Shown here in pieces: positions 20,604 through 31,379 of a stretch of 64,000 nt of DNA. The notes under the pieces were generated by a model that had not been told where the DNA came from, did no database searches, and worked only from the letters and a program-made list of their open reading frames with translations. Both the position numbers and the translations under genes were made by a program. Source of the stretch: an uncultured Fibrobacterota bacterium (GTDB taxonomy: Bacteria > Fibrobacterota > Chitinivibrionia > Chitinivibrionales > FEN-1185); assembly GCA_963729895.1 (NCBI GenBank), contig CAVSQB010000013.1:19125-83124 (forward strand), in the 5' to 3' direction. How positions within the stretch are numbered: position 1 is the first letter of the stretch; each line of letters opens with the position of its first letter.

Positions 20604-20642
20604 CAAAAAATGAAGCCCGCTAAGCCGGAAGCGCGCGGGCTT
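20604..20642 (-). terminator. Intrinsic terminator-like hairpin downstream of queA
   Basis: Minus strand AAGCCCGC...GCGGGCTT followed by CATTTTTT. Confidence 0.65.
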
Positions 20643-20660
20643 GTCATGCACTCGAATCAT

Positions 20661-20689
20661 AAAATAAGTGGCGGCAGATTTATTGTCAA
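20661..20689 (-). promoter_or_regulatory. Sigma70-like promoter
   Basis: TTGACA-17 bp-TATTTT on the minus strand. Confidence 0.55.
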
Positions 20690-20729
20690 CATCAAGAATT
20701 CTTTTCGCCTTCAAGAAATGTCGAGCATG

Positions 20730-21770
20730 TCATGCAATCAGCATCGCGTCCCCGTAGCTGAAGAAACGATAGCCCTGCGCTACGGCATGACTGTATGCAC
20801 GCAACACACGTTCCCGCCCGGCAAAGGCGCTTACCAGCATGATAAGCGTTGACTTCGGCACATGGAAGTTGGTTACCATTCCGTCGACGACCTTGAATTC
20901 GTATCCTGGAAGAATCTTGAGGCCGGTCCTGCCTCCGGACGGAACGGGAAGGCCATCGCGACGGCTGCAATGCTCCAGGACACGAACCGAGGTTGTGCCC
21001 ACCGCGATTACCCTGCCGCCGCATTTCTTGGTGCGAAGTATTTCTTCGGCAGTTTCTTCTGTCAACTCATACGTTTCCTCGTGCATAACATGGTCGACAG
21101 GATCACTAACCTTTACCGGGCGGAAAGTGCCGATGCCCACATGCAGGGTCACATACGACATGTCTACGCCGCGCAATGACAGTCTCTTCATGAGCTCCGG
21201 TGTAAAATGAAGGCCCGCTGTCGGAGATGCAATGGCTCCTTCGCGTTTGGCAAATAGGGTTTGATATGCCGTTGCATCTTCCCGAGTTGACGGCCTCTTG
21301 ATGTAGTGAGGAAGCGCCATTACTCCATACCGGCCAAGCAATTCCAAAAGGTCTTTCACCGGGGAGCCTGGAACGAGAAACACCTCGCGAGATCCATCGG
21401 AATTAACCGCGCGTACCTCAATGGAAATGTCCAAAGCTGCGCATACCCGCACTCTGGTCCCCACGCCAAGTCCACGGCCGGGACGTATAAGACTCTTCCA
21501 ACAGCCGTTGGCCCCTTGTTCCACAAGCAGCAATTCCACCCTTCCTCCCGACTGTTTTTGGCAAAGAAGCCTGGCAGGTATGACCCTGGTATTGTTAAAG
21601 ATAAGCCTATCGCCAGAAAAAAGAAGGTTAGGGAGTTCCAAAAAACAGTGATCCGTCACGGCGCCGGATTCTCTTGCAAGGTACAGCAACTTGCATTCGT
21701 CCCGCTTCGCGCAAGGGTACTGGGCCACAAGGTCGGGCGGCACGGCAAAATCGAAGTCCTCTGTTCTCAT
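20730..21770 (-). CDS. queA: S-adenosylmethionine:tRNA ribosyltransferase-isomerase
   Basis: NNTRVIPARL, ASPTAGLHF, TLHVGIGTF and YRFFSYGDAM motifs. Confidence 0.97.
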   Translation of the reverse strand: MRTEDFDFAVPPDLVAQYPCAKRDECKLLYLARESGAVTDHCFLELPNLLFSGDRLIFNNTRVIPARLLCQKQSGGRVELLLVEQGANGCWKSLIRPGRGLGVGTRVRVCAALDISIEVRAVNSDGSREVFLVPGSPVKDLLELLGRYGVMALPHYIKRPSTREDATAYQTLFAKREGAIASPTAGLHFTPELMKRLSLRGVDMSYVTLHVGIGTFRPVKVSDPVDHVMHEETYELTEETAEEILRTKKCGGRVIAVGTTSVRVLEHCSRRDGLPVPSGGRTGLKILPGYEFKVVDGMVTNFHVPKSTLIMLVSAFAGRERVLRAYSHAVAQGYRFFSYGDAMLIA

Positions 21771-21810
21771 TCTTGTGTCCGTTCATTAAGGAGAATCTAT
21801 ATTAAAATGA

Positions 21811-23427
21811 ATGCTTCCCTTTTCCGCTCCGCTCCATCCTGTCTTTCTTTACGCCGAAACCCATTTTCGGTTCTTTCCCGCATTTCCAAGTCTTCTCTTC
21901 AAAAAAGAACCTGAGATTGTTTTCGATCTACCCTGCCGTTGCGATCCCCGCAAGGATCTTCCCGTTGTGCTGATTGTCAACGACGTCCACAGGTTCAACG
22001 CCGCCGTTGTCGACGTCGCCGTCACGGTTTCACAGGAGGGAATGGCGCCGCTCGCGTTCAAATTCAACGATCCGACTGCACATTTTGTCAATCACCCTTT
22101 TCGCGAACACGCTCATGTGTTTGTCTTCCTCATTGCTAGATCTGCTCTCCCGAATGGAAGAATATTCGTAAATTGCAGGGCAACTCTGCAGAACAACAAA
22201 CGGCGATGGATCGTGCTTAACGATAATTTCTTTTCAACCTCCAAACTCCCGTTTTCATGTTACCTATCCGATGAACCGCTTCCAGGCCACAACAGGTGTT
22301 CATTTGGCGATCTGCACGTGCATTCTCAATACTCCCAGAGTCAAGTGGAATTCGGCCCTCCCATAAATATAATCGATCTAATATCAAATACTTGCGGATT
22401 GGACTTCGTTGGAATAACCGACCATTCCTATGATCTTGCCTGCTCTATGGCTGATTACCTCCAAAAGGACGATACGTTGGCCCGCTGGAATTCACTCGTT
22501 GAAGCAACATTCACGCCTGACGCCTTCAAAAATATTATTCTTTTGGGAGAAGAGATTTCAACTCTTAATGCCCATGGCAAAGCAATTCATCTCTGCGGAT
22601 TAGGCCTCACCAAATTTATTCCGGGATCGGTTGACGGAGCAAGATCGAAGAAATTTGAAACAATGAATTTAGACGAAGCAATCAGGGAAATTCATAGCCA
22701 AGGAGGGCTTGCAATGGCCGCCCACCCGGGCTCAAGGTTCGGGTTGCTTCAGCGAATGTTCTTGAAACGCGGCCCTTGGACGCAAAAAGAAATGGCTGCA
22801 GATCTTGATGCCGTTCAAGCGGTCAATGATGGATTTGGCACTACTTGGCTTGCAGGCAAGCAATTGTGGATAAATGAACTGCTAAAAGGGCGACACCTCC
22901 CGGTTATTGCCGGAAACGATTCTCACGGCGATTTTAACAGGTATCGTTATTTGAGCGCTCCATTTCTTTCCGTTTCAGAGAATTTTAACCGCCATCTTTC
23001 CTTTGCAAGAACGGGAATTTACTGCAATGCAAGGTCTGGAGGAGACGTTCTTTTGGCGATACAAAGAGGAGCGACATTTGTGACGAGCGGACCATATCTC
23101 GCCATCACCCAATCATCTTCATTGGATGAGGACGCCGGTTCAGCTCAACGAGCCGCCGTTGCAAAGGGCTCAATAACCGCCACCATCAAAAGCAGTTATG
23201 AATTTGGAACTCCGAAACGTCTTGACATATTTATCGGCCAGGTTGGTGAAAAGAAGGAGCGAATCGTCTTTTCAAGGGCTTACAACGGTCAAAACACGAT
23301 TGTTCAGGAGATCCCTCTTGGTTTGTACACGAATGATGCGTATGCCCGGGCAGAAGTTTCTTGTGCAAGGCAGGACGGAACAAAAACTTTTGCCGCAACA
23401 AGCCCGCTATATTTCGCGACACAATGA
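21811..23427 (+). CDS. PHP-domain metallohydrolase (CehA/McbA-like)
   Basis: GDLHVHS, ITDH, GEEIS, AAHP and GNDSH motifs. Confidence 0.85.
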   Translation: MLPFSAPLHPVFLYAETHFRFFPAFPSLLFKKEPEIVFDLPCRCDPRKDLPVVLIVNDVHRFNAAVVDVAVTVSQEGMAPLAFKFNDPTAHFVNHPFREHAHVFVFLIARSALPNGRIFVNCRATLQNNKRRWIVLNDNFFSTSKLPFSCYLSDEPLPGHNRCSFGDLHVHSQYSQSQVEFGPPINIIDLISNTCGLDFVGITDHSYDLACSMADYLQKDDTLARWNSLVEATFTPDAFKNIILLGEEISTLNAHGKAIHLCGLGLTKFIPGSVDGARSKKFETMNLDEAIREIHSQGGLAMAAHPGSRFGLLQRMFLKRGPWTQKEMAADLDAVQAVNDGFGTTWLAGKQLWINELLKGRHLPVIAGNDSHGDFNRYRYLSAPFLSVSENFNRHLSFARTGIYCNARSGGDVLLAIQRGATFVTSGPYLAITQSSSLDEDAGSAQRAAVAKGSITATIKSSYEFGTPKRLDIFIGQVGEKKERIVFSRAYNGQNTIVQEIPLGLYTNDAYARAEVSCARQDGTKTFAATSPLYFATQ

Positions 23428-23470
23428 AACGCGCAGGCACTTCAACGCCACTTTTCAATCCTACACAAAA

Positions 23471-24742
23471 TCAAGTATTCCGGCAGGGCGATATGCCGAT
23501 TTTCTTCATCGCCTCCCCGACAGTATAGAACGATCCAACAACACATACAACCTTCTCCGGTGATTTAAATGCTTTTACGACAGCGCCACTCACCGCCTGT
23601 ATTTCACACACTTCTCCCGGGAACCATGCGGGGATGTTTGATCGCAGGATTGCGGTTTCAGCGCTTCTGTCAACATTCGGCCTGGTCAAAATGATGCGCG
23701 AGGCTCTTTTGCAATACCATTCAAACATGCCTGAGGCATCTTTGTCCTTCATTATCCCCGTCACGAGACAAACGGCGGAGTCCGGAAACAGCAGTGTCAG
23801 GGTTTCCGTAAACGATTGGGCCGCGTTCGGATTGTGTCCAACGTCGAGTATGACAGTCTTTCCGTTTGATTGAACGATCTGAAACCTTGCCGCAATGAAC
23901 GCCGAACGAATTCCTCTGGCAATGACCTCCATGTCTTTGAACCCGGCAGCCAAAAGCGCTCGGATGGCGACCAGCGCGTTTTCCACCTGATACCTGCCCG
24001 CAAACGGAACTTCAAATCTCCGGTCGTGGTACACAAACGACGGCCTTTCCACCGTGCAGCGGACATCGCCGGCCAGGGTTTCGGATACAAATTGACATTT
24101 GGATCCTTTGCGCAGGCACCGGCTTATGGCAAGGTTCCGGATATTCCGATCATCTGGTTCCGCCATGACAAGCGGCACACCTCGTTTGACGATACCGAGT
24201 TTTTCCCTCGCGATGGACAGAAGGTCGTCGCCCAAATACATCATGTGATCCATTGCAATCCGCGTGACGACGCTCACGTTAGGGAGAAGGATGTTCGTTG
24301 CATCGAGCCGCCCGCCCAAACCGGTTTCAAAAACCGCCCACTCTACGTGATTGCGTTTGAAAAGCTCAAACGCAATGAGCGTTGATGCTTCGAAAAAGGT
24401 GAGATCCAGTTCATCAATTGTCGGTTGAAGGTCCCGGTACACGTCGACCCACCGGGCGCCGGACACCGCCTCTCCGCCTACCGTGAACCTCTCCTTGAAA
24501 TCAACGATGTGCGGCGAAGTGAAGAGTCCTGTTTTGAACCCCATGGTGCGCAGGCATGATTCCAGGTACGCGCACACCGAACCTTTGCCGTTGGTTCCGG
24601 CAACATGCAGCGAAAAATACGCCCTTTGTGGATTGTCAATACGGTCGGCTGCGGATTGCATCCGTTTCAGCCCAAGTTTAATGCCTTGGCTCGTACGGGA
24701 GAAAAGGCGCTCAGCGATGCGGTCGGCAGTGTCCATCTTCAT
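23471..24742 (-). CDS. folC: Folylpolyglutamate synthase / dihydrofolate synthase
   Basis: HVAGTNGKGS, FTSPH, ETGLGGRLDATN and DVGHN motifs. Confidence 0.95.
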   Translation of the reverse strand: MKMDTADRIAERLFSRTSQGIKLGLKRMQSAADRIDNPQRAYFSLHVAGTNGKGSVCAYLESCLRTMGFKTGLFTSPHIVDFKERFTVGGEAVSGARWVDVYRDLQPTIDELDLTFFEASTLIAFELFKRNHVEWAVFETGLGGRLDATNILLPNVSVVTRIAMDHMMYLGDDLLSIAREKLGIVKRGVPLVMAEPDDRNIRNLAISRCLRKGSKCQFVSETLAGDVRCTVERPSFVYHDRRFEVPFAGRYQVENALVAIRALLAAGFKDMEVIARGIRSAFIAARFQIVQSNGKTVILDVGHNPNAAQSFTETLTLLFPDSAVCLVTGIMKDKDASGMFEWYCKRASRIILTRPNVDRSAETAILRSNIPAWFPGEVCEIQAVSGAVVKAFKSPEKVVCVVGSFYTVGEAMKKIGISPCRNT

Positions 24743-24748
24743 GACGGG

Positions 24749-25405
24749 TTAGGATGCAAAAAGTCCATCGAGGCGGTCCATGGAAATTCGTTCGAGGCTG
24801 TCCACAACAATGTCCGCATTCCCCAGTTCCTCGGGCGGATAGGTGTTGGTGACCGCCACTACCTTCATTTTGGCGGCCTTTGCCCCTGCCACGCCCACCT
24901 TTGCGTCCTCAAACACAACGCACTCCTGCGGCTCTCTGCCCATCCGGCGCGCTGCTTCGAGGAAGATCTGTGGCGACGGCTTGCCGAGCTCCACGTCTTC
25001 GCCTGAGACCACGGAAACAAAATAACGACCCAATTTAAGGATATCAAGACCTGTGACTATGTTCGCCTTGGGTGCCGAAGAGCCGATCCCACAAGGGATT
25101 GCGTGGGACGCGGCCGAGCCAAGCAGCGCTTTTACCCCGGGCAATGCCACGCACCCGAGTTCCTTCATCATTTCGCGATACACACCTTCCTTCTTCCTGT
25201 CTATGCGGCGAATCTGGGAAGGATCGTTCGTCCATTTCCACAACTTGGGGATTATTTCCTCATTTTTCATCCCGAAACTTTGTTTGAACAGATGTTCGGG
25301 GAAGACGAGGCCTTCCTCTTTTGCAAGGCGTTTCCAGGCTTCGATATGATGCTGAGACGAATCGATGATGATACCGTCCCAGTCGAAGATGCACGAGAAG
25401 TTCAT
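24749..25405 (-). CDS. HAD-IA family phosphatase (beta-phosphoglucomutase-like)
   Basis: FDWDG, GKPSP and VFED motifs. Confidence 0.9.
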   Translation of the reverse strand: MNFSCIFDWDGIIIDSSQHHIEAWKRLAKEEGLVFPEHLFKQSFGMKNEEIIPKLWKWTNDPSQIRRIDRKKEGVYREMMKELGCVALPGVKALLGSAASHAIPCGIGSSAPKANIVTGLDILKLGRYFVSVVSGEDVELGKPSPQIFLEAARRMGREPQECVVFEDAKVGVAGAKAAKMKVVAVTNTYPPEELGNADIVVDSLERISMDRLDGLFAS

Positions 25406-25486
25406 AGCGGCAGTTTTCCGGGTTGTGCAGATGGGGAACCCGAAGGGTTTCAGACCGTCTTGAAGGTTCAGCCCTGTACAGGATTA

Positions 25487-26068
25487 TCAATGTACAAATA
25501 GCATCATTACGCCTTTTCTCACCATCATGACGCCGATCGCAGCAAGCAACAAACTGGCGAGTTTTGACACCGTTTTTGCGCCCGTCTTGCCAAGCGTCCG
25601 GATTATTGCCTGCGAGAACCACAGCACAACGCCCGCAAAGGCTACGTTGACAACGACGGCTGTGATCGTGGGGGCAAGTCCATATTGACGGAGAAGAAGA
25701 ATGGTAGTGGTAAGGACCGCCGGTCCAACAATGAGCGGCACCCCTACAGGAACGGCTCCGAGGCTCTGAACGTCCACTTTATGTTGATGTTTGTCAAACG
25801 ATATGAGGTCATATAGTGACAGCGCAAAAAGCAATACGCCGCCCGCGATCATGAAATCGGATACGGTTATGCCCAGCAGGTTAAGAATGATTTCGCCGAT
25901 AGCGCAGAAGACCATGGCAACCGCAAGGGCGGTGATTACCGACTGGAAAACGATCTTTCGAACCCGCAGAGGGTTCACACCGTGCGTGAGATTCATGAAC
26001 AGCGGTAGAACCCCGATGGCGTCTACCGCAACAAACAGAGGAACAAAACAAAGCCAGTAGTTCCGCAT
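25487..26068 (-). CDS. MarC family membrane protein
   Basis: LFVAVDAIG, FMIAGG and VPVGVPLIVGP motifs. Confidence 0.92.
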   Translation of the reverse strand: MRNYWLCFVPLFVAVDAIGVLPLFMNLTHGVNPLRVRKIVFQSVITALAVAMVFCAIGEIILNLLGITVSDFMIAGGVLLFALSLYDLISFDKHQHKVDVQSLGAVPVGVPLIVGPAVLTTTILLLRQYGLAPTITAVVVNVAFAGVVLWFSQAIIRTLGKTGAKTVSKLASLLLAAIGVMMVRKGVMMLFVH

Positions 26069-26089
26069 CCGCCGTTTCCCTTGCCTCGC

Positions 26090-27949
26090 TCACTTCTCCT
26101 CGAAGTCGTACGAAATGTGATACATGTCTTCCATCTTCTTCGTCGAGACTTTGAATCCGGAATTGTAGAACACCGCAAGCATGGGTTGGTTCTGCTCCAG
26201 CACCTCAGCCTCAAACCCGACAATATCCCGTTTCCGAGCAATATCCGTGAGCATGTCCAAAAGATCGGTGCCGATGCCCTTGGCCTGCCACTCGTCCCGC
26301 ACCAGAAACGACACCTCCGCCTTGTTGGTGGCCTTGTTGAGGTGATAGCTGCCCAAGCCAACCATCTGTTCACCACCCATATCCTGGATCAGGCCTACAA
26401 TTACCATGTCCTTGGAAAAATCACAATTTGTGAAGTCCTGGACAAAACGGTGCGGAAATGCCTTGATGGGCTTGAAAAATCTGAATGCAATGGACCGCTC
26501 CGAAAGCGCATAGCACATATCACGCAAGAGTTTGTCGTCGGTCGGACGGATGGGGCGGAAATACAATTGCGTTCCGTCCGAAAGAGGCTTCACATTATCA
26601 AATTCGCCCGGCGACGGAGCACCCGTGGAGGGAAGCTCTTTCTGGTGAGCGTAGATGTAATTGCGCGCTTTTGCCTCCTTCAGGATTTCGTTGCGATAGT
26701 CCGGGTGAGCAACCTGCGCAAGCGCGAGCACGCGTTCGCGTATGTTTTTGCCGAACAATTCGGCAATGCCGTACTCGGTAACGACGTAGTGCACGTCGGC
26801 GCGCGTGAGCACCACTCCTGCGCCCTCCGTGAGCCGGGGCACAATTCGCGACACCGTGCCGTTCTTTGCAGTTGACGGAAGGGCGATGATCGCTTTCCCA
26901 TCCTTGGCGCGGACCGCGCCGCGGTTGAAATCTACCTGTCCGCCCACCCCGCTGTAGAAATTGAACCCGATGGAGTCCGAGCATACCTGGCCGGTCATGT
27001 CCACTTCGATCGCAACATTGATGGCAACCATCTTGTTGTGCTGGGCGATAACAAAAGGATCATTGACATATTCGGAAGGACGAAATTCGAAAAGAGTGTT
27101 TTCGTGGATGTAATCGTAAAGTTTGCGGGTCCCGAGACAAAAGCTCGCCGTCACCCTTCCGCGATTGATCGTCTTGCGGTTGCCGTTAATCACTCCCTTT
27201 TCGACCAGCGGAACTATCGCGTCGTTGAACATTTCGGTGTGGATTCCTATGTCATTCTTTTCGCCAAAGTACCGCAGCACCGCCTGAGGAATGGTGCCGA
27301 TACCAACCTCCACGGTGGAACCGTCCTCCACGAGCGACGACACGTTCCGGGCGATGGCATCGATAGTTGCGTCCGATTCGGGAAGCCGGTATTCCAGTAT
27401 GTCGCTACCGCTGAGCACCATCGCGTCCACGAGGTCGGCAGGTATGAAGGAATCACCGTAGGTGCGCGGCATCTTTTCGTTGATTTCCGCGATAACCAAG
27501 AGGCTGTTTTCAGCCGCGGCCTTCACAATGTCAACCGATATGCCAAGACTCAGGTTGCCGTTTTTGTCCGGCGGGCTGGTTTGGATGAGCGCCACGTCGA
27601 GGGGAATCCTGCCAAGCTTGAAAAGGGAGGGGATTTCCGACAGAAAAATCGGAACGTAGTCGCCGCGTCCGCTTACGATCCCCTCGCGAACGTTGGGCGC
27701 CAAAAAGAAACTGCATGTTCTGAATTTTTTGCTGTATTCTTCACTGATATAGGGCGCTTCACCCTGCGTAAGGAGGTGATATATTTCCGCGTCGATGATC
27801 TCGTTGTTGCTGGATACCAGCTCCGATACGAGCGTTTGCGGCTGACCGCATCCCGTACCGATGAAGATACGGGCGCCCGGGCGAATCCGCGATATGGCCG
27901 TATTGGCAGTTGTCAATTTGTTCTTATACCGTTCTTTCCAGTCGGTCAT
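26090..27949 (-). CDS. Acetyl-CoA hydrolase/CoA-transferase fused to a C-terminal GNAT acetyltransferase
   Basis: GIGTIP, HTEMF (catalytic Glu), SGVGGQVDF and VVTEYG; then RPIRPTD..SIAFRFF..WQAKGIGT..N.PM. Confidence 0.92.
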   Translation of the reverse strand: MTDWKERYKNKLTTANTAISRIRPGARIFIGTGCGQPQTLVSELVSSNNEIIDAEIYHLLTQGEAPYISEEYSKKFRTCSFFLAPNVREGIVSGRGDYVPIFLSEIPSLFKLGRIPLDVALIQTSPPDKNGNLSLGISVDIVKAAAENSLLVIAEINEKMPRTYGDSFIPADLVDAMVLSGSDILEYRLPESDATIDAIARNVSSLVEDGSTVEVGIGTIPQAVLRYFGEKNDIGIHTEMFNDAIVPLVEKGVINGNRKTINRGRVTASFCLGTRKLYDYIHENTLFEFRPSEYVNDPFVIAQHNKMVAINVAIEVDMTGQVCSDSIGFNFYSGVGGQVDFNRGAVRAKDGKAIIALPSTAKNGTVSRIVPRLTEGAGVVLTRADVHYVVTEYGIAELFGKNIRERVLALAQVAHPDYRNEILKEAKARNYIYAHQKELPSTGAPSPGEFDNVKPLSDGTQLYFRPIRPTDDKLLRDMCYALSERSIAFRFFKPIKAFPHRFVQDFTNCDFSKDMVIVGLIQDMGGEQMVGLGSYHLNKATNKAEVSFLVRDEWQAKGIGTDLLDMLTDIARKRDIVGFEAEVLEQNQPMLAVFYNSGFKVSTKKMEDMYHISYDFEEK

Positions 27950-30057
27950 GATTGCCCGGGCTCCTTTGTAAGAATTATCCTTGCATCAACTACCACGGCG
28001 CCGTCTCCCTCCTGCCCCACTTTGAGCGGATTGATGTCGACCTCCTCGATCTCCGGGAAATCCATTACCAGTTGTGAAAGCCTCTGCAGGTTGAGCACTA
28101 TGGCATCCACGTCGACCGGTTTTTCACCCCGGACGCCCTTGAGGAGGCGGTAGGTCTTGACGGATTCAATCATCGACATGCATTCTTCCGCGGTGACCGG
28201 CGCGAGGCCGAACGTTACGTCCTTGAGCACTTCCACAAAGATGCCGCCCAGGCCGAACATAAGCATGGGCCCAAACTGCACATCGCGCTTCATCCCCAGA
28301 ATAACTTCCCTTCCTCCCATCGCCATCTTTTCGAGCAGCACTCCCCGTATCTCGGCGTCAGGCATTTTGCGTTTTATCCGCAACATCATGAGTTCGAACG
28401 CATCTTCCACTGCGGAGGCGCTTGCCAAGCCGATGCGCACGCCGCCGACGTCGGATTTATGAAGTATGTCCGGGCTGGAAATCTTCATGGCAAGAGGAAA
28501 CCCTGCTTCGTTTGCGAAGCGCACCGCCTCGCCGGCCGTGGTGGCAAGTATGCCACGCGGCACGTCGAAGTTGTAGGCCTTCATCACGGCCTTTGCGTCG
28601 AATTCCCCTATTTCGAACATCTTCCTGTACCGGTATGAACGCAGGATTTTGATGACCGGATTTCTGTTGACCGCGAACCGTTCCACCATGCGGAGCTGCC
28701 GCACCTTGTAACGCGCGTAGGCAACCATTTCGTTCATTGTTTTTGCCGCGCGCTCCGGAATCGGATACTGCGGTATCCGGTTCGCCTGGAGGATGGCCAC
28801 GCCTTTTGAAATGATGTCTGCTCCCATAAAGCAAGTCAACACCGGCTTGTTGTATTTCCCGGTTACCCGGACAATTTCCTTGGCCGTTCCCACGTCATCG
28901 GTCATTTTCTGCGGAGTAAGTATGATCACGAGACCGTCGACGGATTCGCTCGCAAGCAGGATGTCGATGGCTTTGCCGTATGTTTCACCGCTTGCATCAC
29001 CCAGCACGTCGACGGGGTTGTGCACCGAGGCGGCAGGCGGCAGCAGTTTCTGGAGCTTGGCGCTTGTATCGTCGTCGAGCTTTGCAACTTTGAGGCCGGC
29101 CATTTCGAGTGCATCCGACATCATGATGCCGGGGCCGCCGGCGTTGGTTACAATTGCGATCCGGTCGCCCGCGGGCAGGGGCTGGTACGCAAGCGCGGTT
29201 GACACATCGAAAAGATGCTCGATGGAATTGGCGCGTATGACGCCGGTTCGCTCAAAAGCGCTGTCGTATGCCGCGTCAGCGCCTGCGAGGCTGCCCGTAT
29301 GCGACGACGCAGCGCGCGCGCCTGCCAGGGTGCGGCCTGCCTTGAGGATGACGATCGGCTTTTGTTTGCCCACGCGTTCGGCCACGCGCATGAAGTCCTG
29401 GCCGCGTGAGATGTCTTCGAGGTAGGCGGCAATTACTTTGGTGTTGTCATCGTTGCGCAGGGTCTCAATCAGTTGCACCTCGTCAAGAGCTGCCTTGTTG
29501 CCCATCGAAACAAGCAGCGAAAATCCGATCCCGTTGTTGGCGGCAATATCCTGGATCGCGGTGATGAGAGCGCCCGACTGCGAAATAAAGGCGATATGCC
29601 CCGGTTCTCCCATGGGCTGCCCGAACGATGCATTGAACCGGTGCACGGGGTTGATGAGGCCGAGACAGTTAGGCCCCAGCAGCGTAATGCCCGCTTGGCG
29701 GGCCATCTGGGAAATTTCGCGTTGAAGTTTTCTTCCTTCGTCACCCGTTTCACCGAACCCCGCGGTGATTATGATGACTCCCTTTACCCCCTTGTCGATG
29801 GACTCCTTGAGAACCTGAATCACCTGCTCGCGTTTTACAACAATCACGGCACATTCAATTTCCCCCGCAATCTCGGCCAAGGTCTTATGGCACTTTAGTC
29901 CCAGGATCTCGTCGGATTTCGGATTTACCGGATAGATTGATCCGGGGAAATTGCCCGTAACGATGTTATTAAGTACTGCATACCCTACTTTGTCCGGATT
30001 GGCGGAGGCCCCGATCACGGCCACCGATGCCGGAGAGAGTAACTTGTCGAAACTCAT
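27946..30057 (-). CDS. Acetate--CoA ligase (ADP-forming), fused alpha-beta
   Basis: VAVIGAS, GPNCLG, SQSG, SHTGSLAG (phospho-His), ILHKSDVGGV and DINPL motifs. Confidence 0.92.
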   Translation of the reverse strand: MSFDKLLSPASVAVIGASANPDKVGYAVLNNIVTGNFPGSIYPVNPKSDEILGLKCHKTLAEIAGEIECAVIVVKREQVIQVLKESIDKGVKGVIIITAGFGETGDEGRKLQREISQMARQAGITLLGPNCLGLINPVHRFNASFGQPMGEPGHIAFISQSGALITAIQDIAANNGIGFSLLVSMGNKAALDEVQLIETLRNDDNTKVIAAYLEDISRGQDFMRVAERVGKQKPIVILKAGRTLAGARAASSHTGSLAGADAAYDSAFERTGVIRANSIEHLFDVSTALAYQPLPAGDRIAIVTNAGGPGIMMSDALEMAGLKVAKLDDDTSAKLQKLLPPAASVHNPVDVLGDASGETYGKAIDILLASESVDGLVIILTPQKMTDDVGTAKEIVRVTGKYNKPVLTCFMGADIISKGVAILQANRIPQYPIPERAAKTMNEMVAYARYKVRQLRMVERFAVNRNPVIKILRSYRYRKMFEIGEFDAKAVMKAYNFDVPRGILATTAGEAVRFANEAGFPLAMKISSPDILHKSDVGGVRIGLASASAVEDAFELMMLRIKRKMPDAEIRGVLLEKMAMGGREVILGMKRDVQFGPMLMFGLGGIFVEVLKDVTFGLAPVTAEECMSMIESVKTYRLLKGVRGEKPVDVDAIVLNLQRLSQLVMDFPEIEEVDINPLKVGQEGDGAVVVDARIILTKEPGQS

Positions 30058-30242
30058 TTTCCTCGTCCTTTTAACATGCGATTTGGGTATATTTTATCAT
30101 ATTTGTCGATCATTTTCCCGACATTCCAGCTTTGGGAAACCGTAAAAAATACATTCTGCGCGGGTCTATTTTGTTTTTCTTGACTGTCCTGCGGGATGCC
30201 GCCACGCAAACCGTGTCGGTCAAAACCTATCCGTAAACTATC

Positions 30243-31379
30243 ATGGAACAGACACGCTACGCATACATTCATTCAAGCGAAATCGAAAAGTATCATTATC
30301 CCTCCTCGTGCCCATTCAAGACCGAACGGGCCGCTCTCACCAAAGCGATTCTCACGTCGAGTGGTTCCTATACCGGCGGCAACCGCGCCGAAGTTGCTCC
30401 GGTATCGCTCACCCATGACGAACTTACCCTGTTCCACACCCCTGAATACATTGAGCGGCTGCAACGGGTATCGGCCGGATCCTTCGAAGTTTCGGATCTG
30501 CATGCGGGCCTGGGCACTCAGGATACGCCGATATTCGCCGACCTCTTCACTTATGCGACTCTCGCGGCCGGAGGAACCGTCACCGCCGCGCGCCTTGTTC
30601 TGGATTCCGGTTTCCGGGCGGCTTTTAATCCATCGGGCGGCTACCACCATGCATATGCCGATAGAGCCGGAGGTTTCTGCTATGTCAATGATGTCGCCAT
30701 CGCAGGTTTCGTTCTCGCCAATGCGGGCAAGAAGGTGTTCTGCCTGGACCTCGATGTGCATCACGGAAACGGCACCCAGGCCGCGTTTTACAAGGACCCG
30801 CGGGTCTTTACCGTGTCGTTCCACGAAAGTGGAAAGACGCTTTTCCCCTGGGGCGGGTTCGAAAACGAAATCGGCGACGGTGATGGCCTCGGTTTCAACG
30901 TCAACGTTCCCCTGCCTGCGGGCACCGACGACGCAATTTACTGCACGGCCTTCAAGGACATTGTTCCCCCGCTCCTGTCGGCATTCGCACCGGACGTTGT
31001 CGTTCTGGTACTCGGCATGGATGTGTTGTCGACCGACCCGCTGGCCCATCTTAAAATGACCAACAACGCCTTTGCGGATATTCTTCCCCTTGTCGCGCAA
31101 CTCGGAGCGCCCATTGTGGCGGTGGGCGGCGGCGGCTACCACCCGGAAAACACGGCCAGGGGCTGGGCGCTTTTGTGGACCGTCCTGTGCGGTGTGGAGC
31201 CGGAATCCGACATGTCAATTGGGATGGGGGGCGTTTTTCTGGGAAATTCGGAATGGAACGCGGGACTGCGCGACATGAGGATCTATGCAATGGGCGACGA
31301 GAAGGAGAATATCCTGCGGGAAGTAACGGCCACAGTTGAATATGTCAAGAAGACGGTATTCCCCCTTCACGGGATCTAA
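30243..31379 (+). CDS. Zn-dependent deacetylase (HDAC/AcuC family)
   Basis: GGYHHA, GFCYVND, DLDVHHGNG, GMD..DPL and GGGGY motifs. Confidence 0.93.
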   Translation: MEQTRYAYIHSSEIEKYHYPSSCPFKTERAALTKAILTSSGSYTGGNRAEVAPVSLTHDELTLFHTPEYIERLQRVSAGSFEVSDLHAGLGTQDTPIFADLFTYATLAAGGTVTAARLVLDSGFRAAFNPSGGYHHAYADRAGGFCYVNDVAIAGFVLANAGKKVFCLDLDVHHGNGTQAAFYKDPRVFTVSFHESGKTLFPWGGFENEIGDGDGLGFNVNVPLPAGTDDAIYCTAFKDIVPPLLSAFAPDVVVLVLGMDVLSTDPLAHLKMTNNAFADILPLVAQLGAPIVAVGGGGYHPENTARGWALLWTVLCGVEPESDMSIGMGGVFLGNSEWNAGLRDMRIYAMGDEKENILREVTATVEYVKKTVFPLHGI

